Of a DNA stretch of 37,157 nucleotides, positions 18,777 through 26,413 are shown piece after piece. How positions within the stretch are numbered: the first letter of the stretch is position 1; every line of letters begins with the position of its first letter. The notes beneath the pieces were generated by a model. That model was not told where the DNA came from. It ran no database searches and saw nothing but the letters and a program-made list of their open reading frames with translations. The position numbers were made by a program, and so were the translations under genes. The DNA comes from an uncultured Clostridium sp. Lineage in GTDB: Bacteria; Bacillota; Clostridia; TANB77; CAG-465. The DNA lies in assembly GCA_964617175.1 (NCBI GenBank), contig CAZTVT010000002.1, forward strand, positions 1-37,157. Direction: 5' to 3'.

Positions 18777-18866
18777 ATGTTTCTATTTATTGTGTTTGTG
18801 AATGCGATAACTGATTTTATTAATGCTATTAGCAATTTTATTTCAATTATTCGCAAACACAAATAA
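18777..18866 (+). CDS. Candidate type I toxin: 29-aa hydrophobic peptide with basic C-terminus
   Basis: SD AGAAAGGAGGT (18759-18769) lies 7 nt before the ATG. Peptide MFLFIVFVNAITDFINAISNFISIIRKHK. It has its own promoter and a strong terminator. Confidence 0.6.
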   Translation: MFLFIVFVNAITDFINAISNFISIIRKHK

Positions 18867-18870
18867 GGCC

Positions 18871-18904
18871 AATAGCTTGAGCGCCAACTCAAGCTATTTT
18901 TATT
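18871..18904 (+). terminator. Intrinsic terminator of the toxin transcript (loop CGCCAA)
   Basis: 11-bp stem AATAGCTTGAG / CTCAAGCTATT, loop CGCCAA (18882-18887), then a T-run. Confidence 0.85.
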
Positions 18905-18929
18905 ATATGCAATAAATTTATATTTATAC

Positions 18930-19073
18930 GAAAAATGAGAGAGTAGCGCCAACTACTCTCTTACAACTAAATGTTTCTATTTATTTTACCCTTTCAAGAA
19001 AGGAGGTGAATAAAAAAATGAATTTTCATTTCACCATTGTGCAATAAGATTACATAACTTGTTTTCTTACTGT
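18930..19073 (-). ncRNA. Candidate antitoxin sRNA (~140 nt), convergent with the toxin gene
   Basis: Bounded by the minus-strand promoter at 19080-19108 and a 9-bp terminator hairpin at 18938-18961 followed by U5. There is no SD-led ORF. It contains perfect antisense to the toxin SD block (18997-19007) and to the toxin start region (18970-18985). Confidence 0.55.
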
Positions 19074-19079
19074 ACTTAC

Positions 19080-19108
19080 AGTATAACATAACCGTTATAC
19101 ATTGTCAA
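19080..19108 (-). promoter_or_regulatory. Sigma-A-type promoter of the candidate antitoxin sRNA
   Basis: Minus strand: TTGACA (19108-19103), 17-nt spacer, TATACT (19085-19080), with a TG extended -10. Confidence 0.7.
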
Positions 19109-19437
19109 GTGTTTTATGTAATCTTATAAAAATTATTTGACACCTCATGAAATTTGTATGAATAATAGCACTACCATAATAGATAGTGCTATATAAGAGG
19201 ATGATATGAAAACTAAGGTTTCCCTTGTCTGTATTTTATATTATAATTTTTAGCCTTTAAAACAGAAAAACTTGACTAAATTGAAAACGAGTTCCTTTTC
19301 TCTCATTCACATTTGTACTTACCACCAATTTCAAATGCTTATATTCAGTTTTTACTATGATTCGTGTGGTTCAATCACCTCATAGATTTCTTGGTACCTG
19401 TTATCTAATCAGTATAAATACTTGTTATTAGATATGG

Positions 19438-19471
19438 TGGTAGTAATTAGCGTACTACCAATGCTTTTTTT
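19438..19471 (+). terminator. Plus-strand intrinsic terminator in the ORF-free island
   Basis: TGGTAGTA-ATTAGCG-TACTACCA, then ATGC and T7. Confidence 0.55.
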
Positions 19472-19571
19472 ATCAATTTTTATTAACAAGAGACCTTTTT
19501 TCAAGATAGTTAATTTTCTTAGAGAAGTTTTCCGATACTTCTCACTATACTAATTATAACACGTTTGTTTT

Positions 19572-19592
19572 AAAAAAGTGCGGCACTTTTTT
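19572..19592. terminator. Bidirectional terminator at the end of the early/middle operon
   Basis: AAAAAAGTG-CGG-CACTTTTTT, overlapping the stop codon of the 218-aa gene. Confidence 0.5.
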
Positions 19593-20247
19593 ATTTTTTG
19601 CATATTTTTTCAAATATTTTTCTTTTTATAACAGCCATTTTCTTTTTTATTTGGTCAATACTAAACTCATAGTTATATTTTTTCTTATAAGATAATATAG
19701 TGTCATTAAAACTAAGTTTTGATTTACCATATTTACAATCTATTATAAACCTATCTTTTTCAGATAAACTATCAAGTGCTTTTTCTAATATATAATATCT
19801 TCTTTTTACTCCTCTTAATCTTTCTTCTTCAAGTTCTATAAAATCAGATATTTTCTTTCTTATATTTTCTCTATTAATTGTTTCATTTTCAAGTACTGAA
19901 TATACTCCACCTTTCTTTTTAGGCATTCCAAAAGTATCACAACTTTTTAAATCAGAATACCATTCATTTAAGTAATCGTCGTCGTTCCACTTTTCATTCA
20001 ATTCTTTTCGCCATATTTTTATTTTTTCAGTGTTAACTTTTATATATTCTTTATCATCTTGATGTTTTTTTAACATATTAGTTACATCCTTCATATCTAT
20101 ATAAGCATCTGCACAAGGTGTATCACTTGTCCTATAAATAGTTACTGGTTCTTTACAAAACTTACAATAATTATAACTTTCACACATTCCGCCATTTTTA
20201 TTGCAAGCATCCCTTTCTAATATTTCTTGTAATAAATTTTTATCCAT
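19591..20247 (-). CDS. Putative late-gene transcriptional regulator (Cys-rich N-terminus, sigma-70 region-4-like / ArpU-RinA-like C-terminus)
   Basis: 218 aa, the last gene before the late block. The C-terminal stretch LEKALDSLSEKDRFIIDCKYGKSKLSFNDTILSYKKKYNYEFSIDQIKKKMAVIKRKI resembles region 4. Confidence 0.4.
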   Translation of the reverse strand: MDKNLLQEILERDACNKNGGMCESYNYCKFCKEPVTIYRTSDTPCADAYIDMKDVTNMLKKHQDDKEYIKVNTEKIKIWRKELNEKWNDDDYLNEWYSDLKSCDTFGMPKKKGGVYSVLENETINRENIRKKISDFIELEEERLRGVKRRYYILEKALDSLSEKDRFIIDCKYGKSKLSFNDTILSYKKKYNYEFSIDQIKKKMAVIKRKIFEKICKK

Positions 20248-20263
20248 ATACCACCCTCCTAAT

Positions 20264-20479
20264 TTATTTTTGTAATCCTAAACTAAGATTTTCTTCTATT
20301 AAACTCAAATTTCTTTCTTTCAACTCTTTATTTTCTTTTATTAATTCTGTATTAGTAGCTTGTACTCTTTTATATTCACTTACTACATAATCTAATTGTT
20401 TTTTATCTGCTATTGCATTTATTATAAATAGTATTATAAATATAATTAGTATTGCTATTATGTAGATGTATTTTTTCAT
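20264..20479 (-). CDS. Small membrane-anchored coiled-coil protein
   Basis: 71 aa with an N-terminal TM helix (YIYIIAILIIFIILFIINAI), then heptad-like sequence. Confidence 0.5.
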   Translation of the reverse strand: MKKYIYIIAILIIFIILFIINAIADKKQLDYVVSEYKRVQATNTELIKENKELKERNLSLIEENLSLGLQK

Positions 20480-20493
20480 ATTACTTGTCCCTC

Positions 20494-20637
20494 CTATTTA
20501 AATAAACCAACGATTAAGTTAAATATTAATGTTGCCCACACGATTATAAAATCGAATTTGTCTATTTTACCTTTTATTAATATAAGTATTCCTGCTAATA
20601 TCCATAATGCTATTGTTACTATTTTTATAATTAACAT
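20494..20637 (-). CDS. 47-aa two-TM membrane peptide (below the ORF-track cutoff)
   Basis: GAGGGGGAAG lies 6 nt before the ATG at 20637. Peptide MLIIKIVTIALWILAGILILIKGKIDKFDFIIVWATLIFNLIVGLFK. Its stop lies in the RBS region of the next gene. Confidence 0.5.
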   Translation of the reverse strand: MLIIKIVTIALWILAGILILIKGKIDKFDFIIVWATLIFNLIVGLFK

Positions 20638-20762
20638 TTTATTCTTCCCCCTCTAACATATTTTCTAATAGTTGAACTACTTCTACATCATTCCATTCAT
20701 AACCAACATATTATCAGTTCTTTAAAATGTTCAACTGTTTTCTTTTCTTCTTCGTTCATTTT

Positions 20763-21170
20763 TTATTCCTCGATTTCTAATACCTTTTTAAAATTTCTAA
20801 TTAAATCCCAATAATAATTAGCTCTATCTTCATCATTTTTCCTTTTTGCTTTTTCAAATTCATAATCGAATTTATCTATTTTATCTTCTATTTTATTTAT
20901 TAAATCAAAATATTTTTTCTGTTCTTCTGCTCTACCTTGTATATAAGAATTTTGTTGAATATTTATATATTTAGTAGCTGTCATTTCATCTAAATTTGGT
21001 GCTAGTGCTATATATTCTTTTAACCCTTCATTCTCTTTTTGTAGTTTTTCTATTAGATTTAATAATATTTCAGCATTTTTACTATCACTAGACATTATAT
21101 ATTTTGTTGTCCAGCTCTCATCTTTTATATTTTCTAATAATTCAACTGCTTTCTTTTCTTCATTATTCAT
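20763..21170 (-). CDS. Hypothetical coiled-coil protein
   Basis: 135-aa ORF. The 5' end is partially duplicated just downstream at 20640-20762. Confidence 0.5.
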   Translation of the reverse strand: MNNEEKKAVELLENIKDESWTTKYIMSSDSKNAEILLNLIEKLQKENEGLKEYIALAPNLDEMTATKYINIQQNSYIQGRAEEQKKYFDLINKIEDKIDKFDYEFEKAKRKNDEDRANYYWDLIRNFKKVLEIEE

Positions 21171-21172
21171 AC

Positions 21173-21565
21173 TTATTCCTCACTTTCTTTTAGTAATTCT
21201 TGTAAAAAAAATCTAGCAAATATTATCTCACTATCACTTGCTTTTAGTTCTCTATCTTCTAGCCATTGCTTTTGCTGCTTATCTAAATATTCTATCTTGT
21301 CTTTTATTTTTTGTCTTGGAATAAGCTGACCTGTTTTCCAATCTTCAACTAATTTATATAAATCTAAACTTTTCATTCGGTCTATTTCTTTGTGCAATTC
21401 TTCATTCTCTTTTTTTAGTCTATCTAATTCATTTAATATGTTAGATATTGCCAAACTTTTCCTATGTGCATTTAAATATTCTTCATTTGTTAAATTAGTT
21501 CTGTGTTCTAAACTATACTCAAAATTTTCTTTTATATCTTCTAAATGTTTTATATCTTCTTCCAT
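21173..21565 (-). CDS. Hypothetical coiled-coil protein
   Basis: 130-aa ORF, tightly packed in the operon. Confidence 0.5.
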   Translation of the reverse strand: MEEDIKHLEDIKENFEYSLEHRTNLTNEEYLNAHRKSLAISNILNELDRLKKENEELHKEIDRMKSLDLYKLVEDWKTGQLIPRQKIKDKIEYLDKQQKQWLEDRELKASDSEIIFARFFLQELLKESEE

Positions 21566-21566
21566 A

Positions 21567-21764
21567 TTATTTATCTCCTATAATTTTATATAACCTTTGC
21601 ATTTCTTCATCTCTATCATCTTTTGTATCAAAATTTTCTATTTTTTCTTCATTATTATTTAAATATACTTCTATAGTATAGCTATTAAACCACATGTTTG
21701 GTCTTATAGCTTTTATATTTTCTGAATTAAATATACTTTTGCCTACTTTTATTAATTTACTCAT
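21567..21764 (-). CDS. Hypothetical small protein
   Basis: 65-aa ORF, tightly packed in the operon. Confidence 0.45.
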   Translation of the reverse strand: MSKLIKVGKSIFNSENIKAIRPNMWFNSYTIEVYLNNNEEKIENFDTKDDRDEEMQRLYKIIGDK

Positions 21765-21781
21765 ACTTACCTCCTAACTTT

Positions 21782-22994
21782 CTAATTTTTAGATTTAAAA
21801 TTATAAATAGGTTTTATAATTCTTTCTACTTCTACAGTATCTTTTATATTGTCTAATATTTCGTGCATTGGCTTATAAACAAATGGTGATTCGTCTATTG
21901 TTTCCTCAACTACACTTGTTGTATATATACCTTTCATACTTTCTTTAAAATCTTCTAACTTAAATGTTTCTTTAGCTTTCATTCTTGACATTATTCTTCC
22001 TGCTCCATGAGGTGCTGAACAATTCCAATCTTCATTTCCTTTACCTACTGCTATTATTGAACCATCTCTCATATTTATTGGTATTAATACCCTTTCACCT
22101 TTTTTAGCACTTATTGCTCCTTTTCTTACTATGTTATCATCAAAAGAAATATAATTATGTATTGTTTCAAATCCATTATTTGTAAAATATAATGCCATTG
22201 ATACACCTGAATATTCTTTTAATATTGTATCTGCTATCATTATTCTATTTATAGTTGCATATTCTTGACATATTTTCATATCGTGCAAATACATTTCTCT
22301 ATATTTACCTTCTAAATAACAAAGTTCATTTGGTAAATCAGATTTATTATTTATATATTCTTTTTCTAACTCTTTCAAAGCCTTTTGTATTTCTGACTTT
22401 CTACCTTGTTTTTTATATGTATTTATTATTTCTTCTTTTCTTTTAAACATTTCTTCTTTTCCAGAACATAACTGTATAGCTAAATTTTGATAATAATCTG
22501 CAACTTGTTTACCTAAATTTCTGCTGCCAGTATGTATAACTAAATATTTATTATTATCAGTATCTACATCTATTTCTATAAAATGATTTCCACCACCTAA
22601 AGTGCCTATTGCTCTATTGAATTTTTTAGTTTCTTTTAATTCTCTTAAACAATATAATTCATTTATAGGCGTAAACTCTTCTAATTTATGTTCTCTTATA
22701 TTTCTTCCACTAGGTATATTTTCATTGATTACTTTATCTAATTTTTCTAAATCTAAATCAATATTCCCTAATTCAACACATAACATACCGACAACCTATA
22801 TCTACTCCTACAATATTAGGTATTACTTTATCACCTAAATCAGCTGTAAATCCTATTACACACCCTTTTCCAGCATGGACATCTGGCATAATTCTCACTT
22901 TACAATTTTTAAATGGTTTTTGTTCTAACAATAAATTAATTTGTTCTACTGCCTCTTGCTCTATATTGCTAGTAAATATTTTTAAATCACTCAT
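21782..22994 (-). pseudogene. rtcB: RtcB-family 3'-phosphate RNA ligase split by a 1-nt frameshift
   Basis: 1213 nt, not a multiple of 3. The upstream ORF carries MPDVHAGKG and ends VGVDIGC-RYVMC-stop. The downstream ORF starts MLCVELG and carries GGGNHFIE and SAPHGAGR. Removing one base at 22790 restores VGVDIGCGMLCVELG. Confidence 0.85.
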
Positions 22995-22997
22995 ATC

Positions 22998-23273
22998 TTA
23001 TTTACTCCTCTCTTTTAATTCTTTCCAATCTATTTTTTTACCGCAATATGGGCAATAATTAAATCTATTAAAATTAGTATTTTTCCTTTTGTCAAAATAA
23101 TCATTTATCTTTAATTCTTTCATAAGCCCATTCATAAAATTTTCGCCATATGTGCTTAATCCATATCCAAATGTTTCATTATTATTTTTTACCTTTTCTT
23201 TTAAATCATTATATGTTACTAATTCAGCATTTTCATAATCTAACCATTCTCCTATATAGCAATTATGTTTCAT
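22998..23273 (-). CDS. Hypothetical protein with C-terminal zinc-ribbon-like CPYCGKK
   Basis: 91-aa ORF. Confidence 0.45.
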   Translation of the reverse strand: MKHNCYIGEWLDYENAELVTYNDLKEKVKNNNETFGYGLSTYGENFMNGLMKELKINDYFDKRKNTNFNRFNYCPYCGKKIDWKELKERSK

Positions 23274-23285
23274 ATCTATTCCCCC

Positions 23286-23714
23286 CTAATCTGTCATACA
23301 ATTTGTTTCTTTATCACAATCATTTCCATAATCAACACCTATTGCTAAAAAATCTTTTTTTATTTGGTTAATTGCTCTTACTAATTCATTAAATTTATTT
23401 ACAAATGCAATATCCATTTTTCTACCTTTAAAACTTCCTAATTCAGTATGAATAAAATTATTTCTATCAACTTTTATTTCTTCTATTTCTTCTGTTTTAT
23501 CTTCTAGTATTTCTACTTCATAATTCAAAATTCTCATATGGTCTATTTTATAATTAAAGCTACATTCACTTTCTTCATTTAATACCCATATTTCACCTGG
23601 ATAGCTATCATCATATCTGCATAAAAAACTATTATCATAACTTATAATTTTAAATTTTGTATTATGAGGTAAATCATTATTTGCTATCTTATTTAATAAA
23701 TCAATTACTTTCAT
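23286..23714 (-). CDS. Hypothetical protein
   Basis: 142-aa ORF whose start overlaps the upstream gene. Confidence 0.45.
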   Translation of the reverse strand: MKVIDLLNKIANNDLPHNTKFKIISYDNSFLCRYDDSYPGEIWVLNEESECSFNYKIDHMRILNYEVEILEDKTEEIEEIKVDRNNFIHTELGSFKGRKMDIAFVNKFNELVRAINQIKKDFLAIGVDYGNDCDKETNCMTD

Positions 23715-23991
23715 TTTCTATCCTCTCCTTTTGTCTTAATAACTTATATTCAATTGCCCCTAAAAGCTTATTTCCATCTATTTTATATATTTCTATTAAT
23801 TGCATTAACATTATTTGTACATCAGCCAATTCAAGTGTTATTTCTTTTTCATTATCCTTGTTTCTATTTATATTTTTAATAAGTTCTTTTGTAAGTTCGC
23901 TCATTTCTTCAACTGCTTGTAGAACTTGATCTTCTTTTTTATAATGATTTATAATATCTTGAATTATTTTTATATACTTCTCACTTAACAT
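23701..23991 (-). CDS. MazG-like nucleotide pyrophosphohydrolase (small phage type)
   Basis: 96 aa with EEMSELTKE...LELADV, matching the EExxE...ExxD metal-binding pattern. Confidence 0.6.
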   Translation of the reverse strand: MLSEKYIKIIQDIINHYKKEDQVLQAVEEMSELTKELIKNINRNKDNEKEITLELADVQIMLMQLIEIYKIDGNKLLGAIEYKLLRQKERIENESN

Positions 23992-23994
23992 ATA

Positions 23995-24132
23995 CTACCC
24001 CCACTGATTTTTCTTTTTATAATTATCTTTTATTGTACTTTCACAAGTTTTATATAATAATTTTTTATCTTTATATATTCCATATAAATTAAAATTTTTG
24101 TATTCTTTTATTAATTTCTTTTTAATTATCAT
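23995..24132 (-). CDS. Possible 45-aa Lys-rich peptide
   Basis: ATG at 24132 overlaps the RuvC-like stop and fills the gap before the MazG-like gene. Confidence 0.3.
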   Translation of the reverse strand: MIIKKKLIKEYKNFNLYGIYKDKKLLYKTCESTIKDNYKKKNQWG

Positions 24133-24592
24133 ATTCTACCTCTAAACTATTTCCAAATTCTGCAATACATATTGCTTCTGATTCATCATCGTTTACATTA
24201 ATGTTATAAACATTTTTAACATGTTGTATTGCATTAGCTTTAAGTTCTTTTCTACACTTGCCTTTTATTTTACAAACTTTTCTCCATTCGCTAGGTCTAG
24301 CTTGTACTACAAGTAGCTCTCTTTTTCTAAACTCTACTAATAAATCATATAGTAATCCAGACAATGCTTTTGTTGTACTAGCACTTCTTGTTACTGCTAA
24401 ATCTTCTATTACTATAAACTCTACTTCTTTTGCTTTAATAATTTGTTTTATATGTTCTTCTATAAAAATTATTTTGTCTATTAAATCAGCCTTTTTAGGC
24501 GTCTTTATTGTTCCATAACTTATTAATTTATTATTATCTAATATTGCATATCCTGTACTTGTAGTACTTGTATCTAAACCTAATATTCTCAT
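24122..24592 (-). CDS. RuvC-like Holliday junction resolvase
   Basis: 156 aa with MRILGLDTSTTSTGYAIL, VIEDLA and DDESEAICIA, which are RuvC catalytic acidic motifs. Confidence 0.8.
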   Translation of the reverse strand: MRILGLDTSTTSTGYAILDNNKLISYGTIKTPKKADLIDKIIFIEEHIKQIIKAKEVEFIVIEDLAVTRSASTTKALSGLLYDLLVEFRKRELLVVQARPSEWRKVCKIKGKCRKELKANAIQHVKNVYNINVNDDESEAICIAEFGNSLEVEYDN

Positions 24593-24601
24593 TTGTTCCC
24601 C

Positions 24602-24886
24602 CTATAAATAATTTTTTCCAAATATCTTTATAAAATCGTTTATACTCCTATCATAATCATATAAAAGCCACTTTATTTCAGCTTGTTTTTTTAATTCGTC
24701 ATCTAAATATGCATTATTATGTACTCCATTATCTCCTGTATGATGTTCTAAACATACCCATACTTTTAAGCCATATTTTTCTGATAATTTTCTATTTGCA
24801 TTTCCGTGTATAACGTGATGTTCGTGCAAATTATTTGTTGTTCCACAAATGCAGCATCTTTTTTCTTCTTGCATTATACTTTTCAT
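24602..24886 (-). CDS. Cys/His-rich zinc-binding protein common in Firmicute phage recombination modules (function unknown)
   Basis: CCICG...HEHHVIHG...CLEHHTG. ATG at 24886 is preceded by AAGGAGG; the ORF-track start at 24892 is a TTG. Confidence 0.55.
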   Translation of the reverse strand: MKSIMQEEKRCCICGTTNNLHEHHVIHGNANRKLSEKYGLKVWVCLEHHTGDNGVHNNAYLDDELKKQAEIKWLLYDYDRSINDFIKIFGKNYL

Positions 24887-24993
24887 TTCCAAGCCTCCTT
24901 ATATCTTGCTATCTGCTCAGGCGTATCTGTAGGTATTCCTTGTAATTTGCAATCTTCTATTTTGCTACTTCCCATTGCACTTTGTTTTTTCAT
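24883..24993 (-). CDS. Possible 36-aa peptide
   Basis: GAAGGTG lies 5 nt before the ATG at 24993. It has an ATGA stop-start overlap with the next gene. Confidence 0.4.
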   Translation of the reverse strand: MKKQSAMGSSKIEDCKLQGIPTDTPEQIARYKEAWK

Positions 24994-25004
24994 TTTTACA
25001 CCTT

Positions 25005-25472
25005 CTACAGTTCATATTTAATTGCTTCTATTTTCTTCTTTAAAGCATTTTGTTTTGATTCTATACTCTCATATGCTTTTTTAAATCTAAACAGCTTAGA
25101 GCCTAATTCTGCTAGTTTCTTACTATCTTCTTTTACATATTCTTTTGCCATAGCCTCAAAATAACTCATAGCTGGTGCTTTTTCTGTATTAGTTTCTTTC
25201 CATTGTTTCCTTTGCATATATACTTGTTTATTCTCAGTTATACTTATTTCAGTTCTTAATAGGTCATATTCTCTTTGTATTCTTGCAATCATTTCACCTA
25301 ATAAAAAATTCATATTTGCATATACTTCAATATTCTGAGCTATTTGATATGGTGTATCTGTTTCTTTGTTTAATTTTTCTTGTAAACTTGCATATGTTAT
25401 TCCTATAGATTGACTATCTGCATTTTCTATTGTAAAAGGATTAAACATATATACCTTTTCAAATTGTTCCAT
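25005..25472 (-). CDS. Hypothetical coiled-coil protein next to the Sak4-type ATPase
   Basis: 155-aa ORF. No motif recognised with confidence. Confidence 0.5.
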   Translation of the reverse strand: MEQFEKVYMFNPFTIENADSQSIGITYASLQEKLNKETDTPYQIAQNIEVYANMNFLLGEMIARIQREYDLLRTEISITENKQVYMQRKQWKETNTEKAPAMSYFEAMAKEYVKEDSKKLAELGSKLFRFKKAYESIESKQNALKKKIEAIKYEL

Positions 25473-25534
25473 ATTCCCTCCTAAAATATAAGCACTCTCA
25501 TACTTTGTTGCTACGTATAAAAGTGCCGTTTTTA

Positions 25535-26266
25535 TTATTTAATTTCCTTTGCTATTTTATCTTTATTTTCTTTTAATGCATTTAGTATTGAATCAAAATT
25601 TTGTACTTCCAATATTTTTGGCAAATTTCCAAGTCTTGATTTTTTTACTATTGCTGTTGTTCCATTTTCTGTTTTTTCTAGTTGTATAACTATATCCATT
25701 AGATATTCAATTATTTCTAATGCATCATATGTTTGCCCAACTGGTTGTAATTTACCATCCTTGTTATCCCAAACATTTTTACTTCTTGCTACTAAAATCA
25801 AGTTCATAGGTATATCTTTTAGATTATTTAAAACTTTTCTTACCATATCTCTTCTATATGCATACCATTTCGTTTTTTGAACTGCATTCAAAGTATCTAC
25901 TTTCTTACCTATATTTTTTTCATATTGTGTTGCACAACTACTTTCTATAGTATCGAGTAAATCTGTGACTGGGTCAATTATTAAAGTTTTTCTATCCGTA
26001 TACTCTCCTTTTATTATTTCATCAATTATACTCATTGTTAAAGTTGCTGGATTATTTGCTCTTTCATTTGTTTTATCTACTTCTGCTTTCCAGAAGTCAA
26101 AATCGTTTGCATATAATCTTGTGCTTCCCTCTAAATCTACTACTATAGGATTAGGTGATGATAGTGCAAATCTACTTTTTCCACTTCCACTTTCTCCCCA
26201 TACCATAACCTTTAAGTTAATATCATCTAATGTTGCTTTTTTGGCTAACATATTTAATTCCTCCAA
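25535..26266 (-). CDS. AAA_24 / Sak4-type RecA-like ATPase (recombination)
   Basis: 243 aa with Walker A GESGSGKS near the N-terminus. Size and context are typical. Confidence 0.75.
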   Translation of the reverse strand: MEELNMLAKKATLDDINLKVMVWGESGSGKSRFALSSPNPIVVDLEGSTRLYANDFDFWKAEVDKTNERANNPATLTMSIIDEIIKGEYTDRKTLIIDPVTDLLDTIESSCATQYEKNIGKKVDTLNAVQKTKWYAYRRDMVRKVLNNLKDIPMNLILVARSKNVWDNKDGKLQPVGQTYDALEIIEYLMDIVIQLEKTENGTTAIVKKSRLGNLPKILEVQNFDSILNALKENKDKIAKEIK

Positions 26267-26272
26267 TCTAAT

Positions 26273-26413
26273 CTAATTTAATTCAAGTTCAAATCTTCTG
26301 AACATTTCTTCTTCTATTTCTTTTTTATTTTTATAAGCGTTATTATATTGTCTGCAAGCTACTACATATGCTTGTCTTAATTCTTTATCATCTAACTCTT
26401 TTACAGTTCTCAT
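26273..26413 (-). CDS. Possible 46-aa protein
   Basis: ATGA overlap with the upstream stop. Peptide MRTVKELDDKELRQAYVVACRQYNNAYKNKKEIEEEMFRRFELELN. Confidence 0.4.
   Translation of the reverse strand: MRTVKELDDKELRQAYVVACRQYNNAYKNKKEIEEEMFRRFELELN

Noticed and set aside
18734-18952. 72-aa minus-strand ORF covering the toxin locus.
   Set aside because: It has no RBS and runs through two terminator hairpins. The region is better explained by the plus-strand 29-codon ORF, which has a strong promoter, SD and terminator.
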